Positions 32,332-42,177 of a stretch of 64,000 bases of DNA are shown piece after piece. Where the stretch lies: NCBI GenBank assembly GCA_964291395.2, contig OZ219856.1:2368001-2432000 (forward strand), in the 5' to 3' direction. The translations under genes were made by a program, and so were the position numbers. The notes under the pieces were generated by a model. That model did no database searches. It was not told the DNA's origin and saw nothing but the letters and a program-made list of their open reading frames with translations. Within the stretch, counting starts at the first letter, position 1. Each line of letters begins with the position of its first letter. Source of the stretch: Alphaproteobacteria bacterium (lineage in GTDB: Bacteria; Pseudomonadota; Alphaproteobacteria; UBA2966).

Positions 32332-33621
32332 TCAGCGCCCCACCCCCAGCGTCCGGCGTATCCATTCCGCCGCGACCAATGCCTTGTCGTCATTGGCATA
32401 AGGAGCGGCGACCTGAATCCCCAAGGGTAATCCGTTGGGTCCATGTGCCGCGGGAACGGTTACCGACGCGCCGTACATCACCGTCCAGATCTTGCAGAAG
32501 GTCGGATCGCCCGTGCTCTCCTCCCGGAGAGGCGCCTCGCCGGTTGCCGGCAACGTCATGATCACGTCATGGCCGTGCATCATCTCCGCAAACTGCGCGC
32601 GGCAGATGACCGCGAGTGCCAGCGCGGCCCGATAATCTTCGCCCGTTCTCGCCTCTCCCATGGCCAGCAACTCCTTGAGGCGAGGGCTCAGCAAGCCGGG
32701 ATAGGTCTCGCGCTCGAAGGTCAGCGTCCGCCACATCTCGAATCCAACCAACGTGTCCACGGCATCCTCGAGGGCATCGAATTCCGGCGGCAAAGAGACC
32801 TCTTCAACGGTCGCCCCCGCGTGGGACAGACGTGAAACCGCCCCCTCGATCACGGCCTGCATGTAGTCTTCCGCCTTGTCCCATTGGGGTGTCCGGCAGA
32901 ACGCGATGCGCGGCGCCGTTCTTACGGCATCATCGAGATCGACAGGCCCGGTATCCCACAGCGTCGCGGCGAGCAACATCGCATCCTCGACCGTCCTGGA
33001 CAGAATGCCGACCGTGTCCATGGAGGGTGCCAGCGGCTTCATGCCACCCACGTTGATGGCGTGAAACGACGGTTTGTAGCCGACGACCCCGCAATAGGCC
33101 GCCGGCCGGATGACCGAACCCGTGGTTTGCGAGCCGACGGCGATCGGCGACATATCGGCGGCGACGGCTGCCGCAGACCCCGCCGACGAGCCGCCGGGCG
33201 AGCGTGACAGCTCGTGGGGGTTGCGGGTCTTGGGCGGATGCTGGGTGGCGAATTCGGGCGTGACCGTCTTGCCGAGGATGACTCCTCCCTTCTCGCGGAT
33301 CATGGCGACGACGGCGGAGTCCTGCGGCGGCTGGTGGTTACGGTAAATGGGCGAGCCGTAGGCCGTCGGCATGTCGAAGGTGTCGAAGACGTCCTTGACC
33401 GCCACAGGCACGCCGTGGAGGGGCCCCCGCGCCGGCTCGCGGTCCCGAATGCGGGCTTCGTCCATGGATGTATCCCGGTCCACGTACACGTAGGCCTCGA
33501 CCTCCGGTTCGCGCGCCTCGATCTGCTCCAGAACCGCATCCGTCAGAACTTCCGAGCGAAGGTTTCCCGCTTCGATGCGCCGCGCCGCGTCGGCCGCCGT
33601 CAACGTATGCAAGTCCGTCAT
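32332..33621 (-). CDS. amidase (amidase-signature family)
   Basis: GPLHGVPVAVKD, PGGSSAGSAAAV, GSQTTGSVIRPA, GLPLGIQ. Confidence 0.94.
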   Translation of the reverse strand: MTDLHTLTAADAARRIEAGNLRSEVLTDAVLEQIEAREPEVEAYVYVDRDTSMDEARIRDREPARGPLHGVPVAVKDVFDTFDMPTAYGSPIYRNHQPPQDSAVVAMIREKGGVILGKTVTPEFATQHPPKTRNPHELSRSPGGSSAGSAAAVAADMSPIAVGSQTTGSVIRPAAYCGVVGYKPSFHAINVGGMKPLAPSMDTVGILSRTVEDAMLLAATLWDTGPVDLDDAVRTAPRIAFCRTPQWDKAEDYMQAVIEGAVSRLSHAGATVEEVSLPPEFDALEDAVDTLVGFEMWRTLTFERETYPGLLSPRLKELLAMGEARTGEDYRAALALAVICRAQFAEMMHGHDVIMTLPATGEAPLREESTGDPTFCKIWTVMYGASVTVPAAHGPNGLPLGIQVAAPYANDDKALVAAEWIRRTLGVGR

Positions 33622-33659
33622 CCCCGTTCCTCCACCCCCCGATTACGCTATCCGTCCTG

Positions 33660-34514
33660 TCACGTCGATGATCGGTCGTATCCCCAACGGTCATGCTCCA
33701 CAGCGTGGAAAAAATCTTTGAGCGCCCGATTAAAGGCCTCGGGTTCCTCGATATTGAGGTTGTGGCCTGACCAGGGAAACACGAGAAGTCCGGCCCGCGG
33801 CATGTGCCGGTGCATGAACAAGGTCGGTTGGATGGCTGGCGTGTCGACGTCGCCGAACATCAGCAGCGCCGGTACGTCGAATGCCTCGAACGCGTCCTTC
33901 TGCAAGTAGACCGACGGCCTGTCGGCGAACACTCCGCGAAGGGTGCGGGCGCATCCCTCGGCGGAATGCTTGGCAAGGCGGGCCCGGAAGGTCTCCCACC
34001 CACGGGGGTCCTTAATCTTGAAGGGCAAGCGCACCGTATCTTCGGCAAGGCTCATCGCCGTCTTCTCGGCTCCGTCCTCGTCGAATGCCGCGGCGCGCGC
34101 CTCGATTCCCTCAAGCACCGCGACCCTGTTCTCCAGGTCCGAGCCATGGCCGCCCGATCCCACCACCAGCGAGCGCGCCCGACCTGGATTGACGAGCGCG
34201 AAATTGAGTACGGCGTAGGATCCCATGGATACGCCGACGAGATGGGCTTGATCGACACCGAGATGATCCATCAGCTCTCCGATATCGGCAGAAGCCCGGG
34301 CTTGCGTGTATTTTTCCATGTCTTCCGGAATGTCGGAGGGAGGAAATCCGCGGGCCGCGTAGGTAACGCAACGGTATCGCCGCCCGAAGTAGTCAAGCTG
34401 CGGCTCCCACGTCTCATAGTTGTCCCCGAATTCGTGAGAAAAGACGATCGGAACACCTGAACCCACTTCTTCGTAGTAGATCTTCACGTCGTCGCTAGTG
34501 GTCATACGGGGCAT
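33660..34514 (-). CDS. alpha/beta hydrolase
   Basis: HEFG, ARGFPPSD, GVSMG nucleophile elbow, GDVD, SGHNLNIEEP. Confidence 0.9.
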   Translation of the reverse strand: MPRMTTSDDVKIYYEEVGSGVPIVFSHEFGDNYETWEPQLDYFGRRYRCVTYAARGFPPSDIPEDMEKYTQARASADIGELMDHLGVDQAHLVGVSMGSYAVLNFALVNPGRARSLVVGSGGHGSDLENRVAVLEGIEARAAAFDEDGAEKTAMSLAEDTVRLPFKIKDPRGWETFRARLAKHSAEGCARTLRGVFADRPSVYLQKDAFEAFDVPALLMFGDVDTPAIQPTLFMHRHMPRAGLLVFPWSGHNLNIEEPEAFNRALKDFFHAVEHDRWGYDRSST

Positions 34515-34539
34515 GTCCCGGACCCTCCCGTTCCGTCGG

Positions 34540-35244
34540 TCACGACCGGCGGGCGCGGTCCAGGAAATCCCGGGCCCCGGTCGCCAGCAAATTGTTCGCC
34601 ATCTCGTAGAAGAAACGCACGCCCCGGTCGACGTAAGCACCGACGTTTCCCCGGTTGACCAGCAATCCCGCCGTCCGACTTGCGCCGAGGATGGCATCGA
34701 TAGCGCCGTCGATGGCTTCCTGCACGTCATGGGGCCTCTCGTCGCCTTCCTCGAGCATGTGAAGGTCGTACCCCATGTCCTGGGCGAGATCTCCGCCGCC
34801 GATGAAGAAGACATCGATGCGGTCGTTCTTGAGCATGTCGGGCAGATTTTTCAGCCCCGCGCGCGACTCGATAATCACGATCACCAATTTTTCCTCGTGA
34901 TCCGTGGGCCGGGCGTAGCGAACCGTATCGACGACGTGTTGCGCCTCATGCGCCGTATGCACGAAGGGCACGATGATCCCGTCGACGCCCCGGTCGAGAT
35001 AACGGGTCAACAACCAGCGCAGATTGGTGTCGGGCCGTACGATGGAGGCGGTGCCGCTCACCCGCGCCGCCCGTGCCAACTCCTCCACGTCGCGAAAGGA
35101 CGGCGAGCCGCGCTCGCAGTCGATGAACACGCCATCGAACCCGAGGCTCCCGATCGTTTCGACCAGACTTGGCGCCACGTGGTTCGGATTTACGAACCAC
35201 ACCGGCTCATTCGCGGCGAGCTTCTCCTTGACGCGACGGCTCAT
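34540..35244 (-). CDS. HpcH/HpaI aldolase family protein (divergent)
   Basis: GFDGVFIDCERG, IVRP, LDRGVDGIIVP, IES, FIGGGDL. Confidence 0.85.
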   Translation of the reverse strand: MSRRVKEKLAANEPVWFVNPNHVAPSLVETIGSLGFDGVFIDCERGSPSFRDVEELARAARVSGTASIVRPDTNLRWLLTRYLDRGVDGIIVPFVHTAHEAQHVVDTVRYARPTDHEEKLVIVIIESRAGLKNLPDMLKNDRIDVFFIGGGDLAQDMGYDLHMLEEGDERPHDVQEAIDGAIDAILGASRTAGLLVNRGNVGAYVDRGVRFFYEMANNLLATGARDFLDRARRS

Positions 35245-35343
35245 CTCGCGGAACTCCTTCTCAAGATCCGCACGAAGACACGGCGTGTCTCTGCGAGAGG
35301 CGGACGGCGACCTCGGACGTCACCGCTTCCCCGACCTCGCGCA

Positions 35344-35385
35344 CACGCCTTCCCCGCGACGCAGATACGCCAAAGGGAAGGCGTG
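35344..35385 (-). other. stem-loop downstream of ABC binding-protein gene (mRNA stabiliser or terminator-like)
   Basis: 11-bp inverted repeat CACGCCTTCCC / GGGAAGGCGTG. Confidence 0.5.
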
Positions 35386-35404
35386 GAACGTGAGCGAAGC
35401 CGAG

Positions 35405-36391
35405 CTACATTTTCATTTCAGCCGGCAGTTTCACGCGGCCGGGATCGACTTCCTTCAGCAAATCCGGACAGAACCATTTGTCGAAGTCGAAGGCATCCAC
35501 GTCCTTCAACCGTCCCTGGTTCAGCATCTGCTGGAGGACTTCCTTGGTCTTGTCGAACGACTGCTGATCGAGCGCCACCTTGTAGGTGAGTTTGGGGTAG
35601 AGCTGGTTCATCAGGTCGGGCGACAGGTTGAGGAATTCGCCGACGATGTTCTTGGTGTCCGCCGCATCGTTCACGATGTGGTTGTTCGCGTCGATCATCG
35701 ACTTCATGAACTTCTTCGCCTTGTCCCGGTTCTCATCGATGTACTTGCGGTTCATGTAGATGAACACGACGTCGTAGAGGCCGACCTGCTTGTTGTCGAC
35801 CAGGATGTGGGTTCCGGGGATGGCGAGCGTCGCGCGCGACAGCCAAGGCTCCCAGTTCGCGAAAGCGACGATGTCGCCCCGCTCGATGGCAGCAGCCATT
35901 TCAGGCGGTTCAACGTTCACCACGCCCTCGTTGTACGCGTCGTAGTCGAGCTTGTAGTGGTCGAGAACAGCCTGCCACAGGGTTTCCGATCCGGTGCCGA
36001 TCGTAACGCCGATCTTCTGGCCCTTCAGATCTTCGATCTTCTTGATCTCGTCCGACGCCACGATGCCGTACCATCGGTCGAGGGTGACGATCTGCGCCAC
36101 GGCGCAGATGTTGTTGTCGACCAGATGGTTGTTGATGCCGGCAAGCGCTGCCGCCATGGATGCGTTCGACTGGTGACCGATGAGCAACGGCACCGACGCA
36201 CCGCCCGAGGGGCCGGTCTTGAGTTCCGTATCGAGACCGTTCTTCTTGGTGAAGCCACCGAGGTGACCCACATAGAAGATCGAGAATCCGGGATCGACCC
36301 CGGTTACCATCGTGAACTCAGCGGCCTTTGCCGACACCGTGCCGAATGCAGCGACGGCGGCCACGGCCGCAGCGGTGAGTAACTTACGCAT
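35405..36391 (-). CDS. ABC transporter substrate-binding protein (SsuA/TauA/NMT1 type)
   Basis: Signal peptide, IEDLKGQKIGV, AAAIERGDI, WEPW. Confidence 0.9.
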   Translation of the reverse strand: MRKLLTAAAVAAVAAFGTVSAKAAEFTMVTGVDPGFSIFYVGHLGGFTKKNGLDTELKTGPSGGASVPLLIGHQSNASMAAALAGINNHLVDNNICAVAQIVTLDRWYGIVASDEIKKIEDLKGQKIGVTIGTGSETLWQAVLDHYKLDYDAYNEGVVNVEPPEMAAAIERGDIVAFANWEPWLSRATLAIPGTHILVDNKQVGLYDVVFIYMNRKYIDENRDKAKKFMKSMIDANNHIVNDAADTKNIVGEFLNLSPDLMNQLYPKLTYKVALDQQSFDKTKEVLQQMLNQGRLKDVDAFDFDKWFCPDLLKEVDPGRVKLPAEMKM

Positions 36392-36511
36392 GTTTTGTCC
36401 TCCCAAGTGAAAATTCCCAAGAGACAACCCATTACACCAAACGCCACCCGCGGGTTGCGTTACCGCCTCGGAGGGCGGAACGACCAATCACCACGCATTC
36501 GAGTCGCTCGC

Positions 36512-37348
36512 CTACGTGACGGGCGAATACCGTCCGGCAAATTTGAAGATTGCCCAACGGAAGCAGCGGTCCACGATGAAACCAAGGAGCGCCAGCGTCA
36601 GCAGGGCGACGAAAATCTCGGGGATCTTCATGTAAAGCCGAGACTCCCATAGCAGCGTGCCGATGCCGTGATTAGCGGCCACGAGTTCCGCCGCAACGAT
36701 CGTCGTAAAGGCGTTAGCCATGGCCACGCGCATGCCCGTGAGAATGAACGGCACGGTAGCCGGCAGCGTGACCAGGAAAAAAACCTGCGTCCGGGTCGCG
36801 CCGAGCGATTGTGCCGCGCGGGTCTTGTTGGGCGCGATACTCGACACGCCCGCGGCCGTCGTCAGAATGACGATGAATACCGTGGCGTACGTGATGATGA
36901 AGAACTTCGAAGCCTCGCCGATACCGAACCAGATCACGGCGACAGTGATCATCGCCACCGCCGGAATGAAGCGCAGGGTCTCCACGTAGGGATCCATGAA
37001 ACGGCGGACGGTTAGGAACGACCCCATCAATAGCCCAACGACGATGCCGATCGAAGATCCGAGAACGAACCCGACAGCGATCCGCATCATGCTGAAGCCG
37101 ACGTGCTCGAACAGCTTACCGTTGGCGATCAACTCGGCCGCCTTGGACAGCACAGGGAGCGGCGGCGGGAATAGTACCGACGAAAGCAAATAAACCGAGA
37201 TGAGGTGCCATAGTACAAACAGGCTGACGAAGCCGATGGCATAGATGCCGTAGAGGTTTGCAGTCTTCCTGAGGGTGGTCCAAGCAGCTTCACGCGCGCC
37301 CTCCTCGTCAGGCGCGGGACGTGTCGCCGAGACCTGCGCCGGGCTCAC
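36512..37348 (-). CDS. ABC transporter permease (SsuC/TauC type)
   Basis: FPPP, WFGIGE, AAQSLGA, AAELVAANHGIG. Confidence 0.93.
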   Translation of the reverse strand: MSPAQVSATRPAPDEEGAREAAWTTLRKTANLYGIYAIGFVSLFVLWHLISVYLLSSVLFPPPLPVLSKAAELIANGKLFEHVGFSMMRIAVGFVLGSSIGIVVGLLMGSFLTVRRFMDPYVETLRFIPAVAMITVAVIWFGIGEASKFFIITYATVFIVILTTAAGVSSIAPNKTRAAQSLGATRTQVFFLVTLPATVPFILTGMRVAMANAFTTIVAAELVAANHGIGTLLWESRLYMKIPEIFVALLTLALLGFIVDRCFRWAIFKFAGRYSPVT

Positions 37349-38142
37349 GCGGCCTCCTCCTGGTCTTCGCGACTCAGCGATTGCAGCACCTCCTCGCGGA
37401 TCATGTCATAAACCTCGCGATAGACCTGCATGAAATCGTCGTCGGTACGGCGGCGCTCGGCGCCCAGATTCACCTCCACGATGCCCTTCAACGTCGACTC
37501 CGGCCCTGCAGTCATCACGCCGATACGCGATCCCAGCGTCACCGCCTCGTCTATGTCATGGGTGATGAACAATACGGGCGTCTCGTTCTGATGCCAGATG
37601 CGCGCGAGCTGCTCCTGCATGATGGTCCGGGTCTGGGCATCGAGGGCGCCGAAGGGCTCGTCCATCAGAAGCATCTTGGGCTCATTGGCCAGGCATCTCG
37701 CGATCTGGATCCGCTGTTTCATGCCGCCGGAGAGTTCGACCGGGAATTTGTCCTCCTGGCCGCCGAGACCCACGAGTTCGATATATTTGCGGGCATGGGT
37801 TTCCCGCTCGCCCTTCGGCATGCCTCGAAGTCGGGGACCGAACTCGACGTTCTGCAGCGCGCTGCACCAAGTGAATAGGGAATCATCACCCTGAAAGACA
37901 ACGCCGCGGTCCTCCCCAGGACCCGTGATGGGACGTCCATCCAGCATGACATCCCCACGGGTTGGGTGGTCGAATCCCGCGATGATGTTCAACACCGTGG
38001 TCTTGCCGCAGCCCGACGGACCGAGCAGACAGAAGAACTCACCTTCGTGTATCTCAAGGTCGAAATCGCGGATGGCCGTGTAGTCCGCCCCTTGGCGCGA
38101 ACGGAACGTCTTCTCGAGCCCGCTGATCGAGATCAGGCTCAT
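37345..38142 (-). CDS. ABC transporter ATP-binding protein (SsuB/TauB type)
   Basis: GPSGCGKT, LSGGMKQR, MDEPFGALDAQTR, ITHDIDEA. Confidence 0.95.
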   Translation of the reverse strand: MSLISISGLEKTFRSRQGADYTAIRDFDLEIHEGEFFCLLGPSGCGKTTVLNIIAGFDHPTRGDVMLDGRPITGPGEDRGVVFQGDDSLFTWCSALQNVEFGPRLRGMPKGERETHARKYIELVGLGGQEDKFPVELSGGMKQRIQIARCLANEPKMLLMDEPFGALDAQTRTIMQEQLARIWHQNETPVLFITHDIDEAVTLGSRIGVMTAGPESTLKGIVEVNLGAERRRTDDDFMQVYREVYDMIREEVLQSLSREDQEEAA

Positions 38143-38239
38143 TCAGCCTCCTGCGATAACTCAAGCAATTCGGAGAGACCAAGCACCACCGATTGACCGT
38201 ACCATCCCTGGACGGTCGAGCCAGACGCTATCGTGGGAA

Positions 38240-38269
38240 ATCTTAAGGCCGGTGTCTCGATGCACGCAA
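38240..38269 (-). promoter_or_regulatory. candidate sigma70 promoter of ABC operon
   Basis: TTGCGT-N18-TAAGAT. Confidence 0.4.
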
Positions 38270-38385
38270 CTTCCACAAGTCTCGACGGCGATCATTCGGA
38301 GGAATTTCGCATTGCATGGCCGTGGGCAGGAGGTAGAGACGCACGAAGTCTCCGTTACGGCGGCGGCCTATGCTACGACTCTGCC

Positions 38386-39039
38386 ATGAAAGCAGTCGAA
38401 TGGCAGATCAGCGATACGCCAGTCGGTTACGAAGAAGCCGTGGCCGCGATGGAGGCACGGGTTACGGACATTCAGGAACACTCGGCAGCGGAACTCGTGT
38501 GGCTTCTTGAGCATCCGGCCCTTTACACCGCGGGTACCGGTGCGCGGCCCGAAGACCTGCTCGACGGATCGCTCTTGCCTGTCCGTGCCACTGGGCGGGG
38601 CGGAAAGTACACCTATCACGGCCCAGGACAGCGGGTGGCTTACGTCATGCTCGACCTACGGGAGCGCGGACGCGACGTGCGCCGCCATGTAAACCTACTC
38701 GAGGAATGGCTCATCCGCGCCCTCGAGCGGTTCAACGTCGTGGGTGAACGACGCGAGGGACGGGTCGGCATCTGGATCGATCAGGGCGGCAGGCGCGAGG
38801 CCAAGATCGCCGCCGTGGGCGTCCGCGTGCGTCATTGGATCACCTATCACGGCGTGTCGTTGAACATAGAGCCGGACTTGGACCACTACCGGGGTATCGT
38901 ACCCTGCGGCATCGGCGAATACGGTGTCACGTCCCTCGTGGATCTGGGAATTCCCGTGACGACCGCTGAGGTGGATTCGGCATTGATGGAGACATTTGGC
39001 GGGGTATTCGGGCCGCAGGCGGCAATCGTTGACGCTTGA
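38386..39039 (+). CDS. lipB: lipoyl(octanoyl) transferase LipB
   Basis: [35 protein letters not shown]. Confidence 0.96.
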   Translation: MKAVEWQISDTPVGYEEAVAAMEARVTDIQEHSAAELVWLLEHPALYTAGTGARPEDLLDGSLLPVRATGRGGKYTYHGPGQRVAYVMLDLRERGRDVRRHVNLLEEWLIRALERFNVVGERREGRVGIWIDQGGRREAKIAAVGVRVRHWITYHGVSLNIEPDLDHYRGIVPCGIGEYGVTSLVDLGIPVTTAEVDSALMETFGGVFGPQAAIVDA

Positions 39040-40263
39040 TCATTCGTCATCGGGAAGCACGACCGCACAAACGGTCGCCGCCGTGCCTCCCAGACCCAGG
39101 ACAACGAACGCCCAACCCCAGCCGGCACCGGCCTCGAACATGTCGAGCACGCTGCCGAACGCAAAGGGCGCGAGCGCCCCGATGCCGATGCCCAGGATGG
39201 ACCGGACCGCGAGGGCGCGGCCGAGCATCTCCTGTGGCACCGACTCGGTCATGGCGGTGGAGAGCACCGCCGAATCCCCGATCGCCGCGAAGCCATACAG
39301 GGCGGCGAACAGGAGCAGCAGCGTCGCCGGCAGGCCCCCGCTCCAGCCGAAGCCGAACGAGCAGGCCGTGCCGAGCGCCGCCATGACAAACAGCACCATA
39401 CGGCGCCCGAAGCGGTCGGATGCCCGTCCCATGGAGAACGAAGAGAAGAATCCAGATAGGTGGAGCACGATTGCGATCGTCACGCCGAGGCCTACCGCTC
39501 CCAACGAGAACCGCTCGCCGAGGGCGGCGAGCAGGAATGCCGGAGCCCACGCCCAGACGCCGAACAGCTCCCAGGAATGGCCGATATATCCGATCGTCAG
39601 CACGAAGGAGCGGCGATCGCGGAACAGATAGGTCCAGGCCTGCATAGTCTCGACGTCGTCGGAGACAACATTCACCGATCGATTGGCCGCGGAAGTGCCG
39701 AACAGGGCGCCCAACACGGAACCGGCCGCGCACACTAGAAACGCGGCCTCGTAGCCCTGTGTCGCCGTAAAACCGGTGGAGAGGCTGATGGAGCCGACAT
39801 AGCCCGCGGACATCGACGCCAGGATCCAACCGACGCCCCCACCCCGCCGTTCGCTCGGCAACTTCTGGGACACCAGCATGATCGCCGGAATGTAGGTGCC
39901 GCCCTGGGAGACGCCGACCAACGCGTAGAGCCACAGCGCCTCCGTGTAGGAACGCGCGTAGAGTGCAAATGCCAGCGACGCCAGCGCCGACAGCCAGCAA
40001 AACACTAGGAAGACCCTCTTGGCTCCGATTCGATCGGAGAACCAGGACGTAAAGAACAACGAGACGGCGAAGCCGGTGAAGAAACAAGTCTGAACAAAAC
40101 CCGCCTCGCTCGCCGTCATGGCCCACTCGCGGGTCAGCGTGGGCAAGGCCGCCGCGTAGGCCATGTAGATCAGGTTAAAGAAGAAGCGGCTGAGGCAGAG
40201 CGCGGTCAGCCACGACCGTTCGACCGTCGCGTCTTCCTTCGCTGCATCAACCAATGGCTTCAT
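39040..40263 (-). CDS. MFS transporter
   Basis: About 12 TM segments; SDRIGAKR and SDRFGRR motif A; HSWELF. Start uncertain. Confidence 0.9.
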   Translation of the reverse strand: MKPLVDAAKEDATVERSWLTALCLSRFFFNLIYMAYAAALPTLTREWAMTASEAGFVQTCFFTGFAVSLFFTSWFSDRIGAKRVFLVFCWLSALASLAFALYARSYTEALWLYALVGVSQGGTYIPAIMLVSQKLPSERRGGGVGWILASMSAGYVGSISLSTGFTATQGYEAAFLVCAAGSVLGALFGTSAANRSVNVVSDDVETMQAWTYLFRDRRSFVLTIGYIGHSWELFGVWAWAPAFLLAALGERFSLGAVGLGVTIAIVLHLSGFFSSFSMGRASDRFGRRMVLFVMAALGTACSFGFGWSGGLPATLLLLFAALYGFAAIGDSAVLSTAMTESVPQEMLGRALAVRSILGIGIGALAPFAFGSVLDMFEAGAGWGWAFVVLGLGGTAATVCAVVLPDDE

Positions 40264-40344
40264 AATTTTCCTATGCCGTTCACTGGGAAATGCGGCAAAC
40301 ACCGCTTACCTATGGTGCGCACCGTTCACCATAAGGATGTTGGC

Positions 40345-40842
40345 ATGGCTCTCCGTACGCTTCTCTTCGGCCTGATGGCCATTTCTGTTGGCGGCCCAGC
40401 CCTGGCCGACGAAATCGGCTCCGTGGACACCGCCTTCAAGCTGATCGGCGCCAACCACAAGATCGTCGTCGAGGCCTTCGACGACCCCAAGATCAAGGGC
40501 GTCGCCTGCTTCCTCAGCATGGCGCGAAAGGGCGGCATATCTGGCACGTTGGGTCTGGCGGAGGAGACGTCCGATGTCTCCATCGCCTGTCGCCAAGTCG
40601 GCCCGATCGAATTCGTCGAAGCCATTTCGTCAGACGATGAAGGCGAGCGCGTGTTCAAAGCGCGGCGCTCCGTCCTGTTCAAGAAACTCCAGGTCGTGCG
40701 ATTTCTTGATCGCGAGCGCAATTCGTTGGTTTATCTCGCCTACAGCGACAAGCTGATAGATGGATCGCCAAAGAATTCCGTCTCGGCCGTCGCCATGATG
40801 CCCTGGGGCGACAAATTGCCGAACGAACCCCTTGTCGAATGA
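40345..40842 (+). CDS. creA: CreA family protein
   Basis: Signal peptide, FDDPKIKGVACF, SIACRQVGPI, GSPKNSVS. Confidence 0.92.
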   Translation: MALRTLLFGLMAISVGGPALADEIGSVDTAFKLIGANHKIVVEAFDDPKIKGVACFLSMARKGGISGTLGLAEETSDVSIACRQVGPIEFVEAISSDDEGERVFKARRSVLFKKLQVVRFLDRERNSLVYLAYSDKLIDGSPKNSVSAVAMMPWGDKLPNEPLVE

Positions 40843-40916
40843 TCCGCCCCGGACCGTGGCTGACAATTGCCGAAATGCATACAATGGGCGCGGCGAAGCT
40901 GACAAAGGGGCAAGAC

Positions 40917-41345
40917 ATGCCGGGCAGGCCAAAGACGACGACGGTGACGATCATCCCGTCATTGCGGTATTCGGATGCGTCCGCTGCGATCGATTGGCTG
41001 TGCAACGCATTCGGATTCGAGCAACAGCTCGTGGTCCCCGAGGACAACGGCGCCATCGCCCACGCGCAGCTTACATTCGGGAACGGCATGATCATGCTCG
41101 GTTCCGAGCGCGACGTACAGGGCGATCCGGTTGAACGATCCCCAAACGTTGACGCGTCATCTGCCCACGCTCGCTACGTCATCGTCGAGGATGCGGACGA
41201 TCATTGCGCAGGCGCGAAGGCGGCGGGCGCTGACATTATCATGGAGCCGGAGGATCAGCCTTATGGCGGGCGGCTGTACGCCTGTCGAGATCTTGAGGGA
41301 AATCCCTGGTACTTCGGCACCTACGATCCTTGGCAGGATAATTAG
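40917..41345 (+). CDS. VOC/glyoxalase (PhnB-like) protein
   Basis: IDWLCNAFGF, HAQL, DQPYGGR, DLEGNPW. Confidence 0.9.
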   Translation: MPGRPKTTTVTIIPSLRYSDASAAIDWLCNAFGFEQQLVVPEDNGAIAHAQLTFGNGMIMLGSERDVQGDPVERSPNVDASSAHARYVIVEDADDHCAGAKAAGADIIMEPEDQPYGGRLYACRDLEGNPWYFGTYDPWQDN

Positions 41346-41392
41346 AGCGGATTTCTCAGCCCGATCAACGGGGCGACGGCCCCGACGCGGGA

Positions 41393-41848
41393 TCAGTCGA
41401 TCTCCACGATCATTTCCACCTCGATCGGAATCTGGAATGGCAGGGAACCCATGCCGACGGCGGAGCGGCTCCCGCGCCCCGATTCACCGAAGACCTCCAC
41501 CATGAGGTCGGAGAAGCCATTGATCACTTTGGGATGTTCCCGGAAATCGGGTGCCGCGTTGACCATGCCCAGCACTTTGACCACCCGGCGGACCCTGCTC
41601 AGGTCGCCGATCTCGGCCTTGAGGGTCGCCAACACGTTTATGCCGACGTTGCGAGCCGCCTGCTGCCCCTCTTCCACCGTCAGCGTATCCCCGACCTTGC
41701 CCTCCACGGGACCATTCGTTCCCCGCGGACCATGGCCCGAGAGGAATACCAAGTTCCCCGCCGTCACGGCGCCGACGTAGTTGCCCACCGGCGGCAGCGG
41801 GTCGCCGAGTTCGATGCCCAGTTCCCGTAGCCGGTCGTCGACACTCAT
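41393..41848 (-). CDS. RidA family protein
   Basis: PVGNYV, LSGHGP, NGFSDL, RSAVG, IEVE. Confidence 0.92.
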   Translation of the reverse strand: MSVDDRLRELGIELGDPLPPVGNYVGAVTAGNLVFLSGHGPRGTNGPVEGKVGDTLTVEEGQQAARNVGINVLATLKAEIGDLSRVRRVVKVLGMVNAAPDFREHPKVINGFSDLMVEVFGESGRGSRSAVGMGSLPFQIPIEVEMIVEID

Positions 41849-41862
41849 TTGCCAATCCTCCA

Positions 41863-42177
41863 CTATTCAGTCCGACGGGCGGAAAATCCCTGGCCGACCA
41901 AGGCACACCACTCGTCCTCATGGACCTCCGATTCGACAATGCAATTCACGATAGCCGAGGGCGGCCCGTCGGCGCACGCGGCGAGCATATCGTCCACTTC
42001 ACGGAGCGGGCCCACGAATACCGCTTCAACGCTGCCATCCACGCGGTTTTTGACCCAGCCGTCGAGACCGCGATGCGATGCTTCGTCGATGGTCCAGTAA
42101 CGGAATCCAACGCGCTGAACCCGCCCCAGGATGCGTACCTGCGCCGCCTTGATATCCCTGCGAGCGTTCTCAGCCAC
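41863..42177 (-). CDS. acyP: acylphosphatase
   Basis: [27 protein letters not shown]. Confidence 0.88.
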   Translation of the reverse strand: MAENARRDIKAAQVRILGRVQRVGFRYWTIDEASHRGLDGWVKNRVDGSVEAVFVGPLREVDDMLAACADGPPSAIVNCIVESEVHEDEWCALVGQGFSARRTE

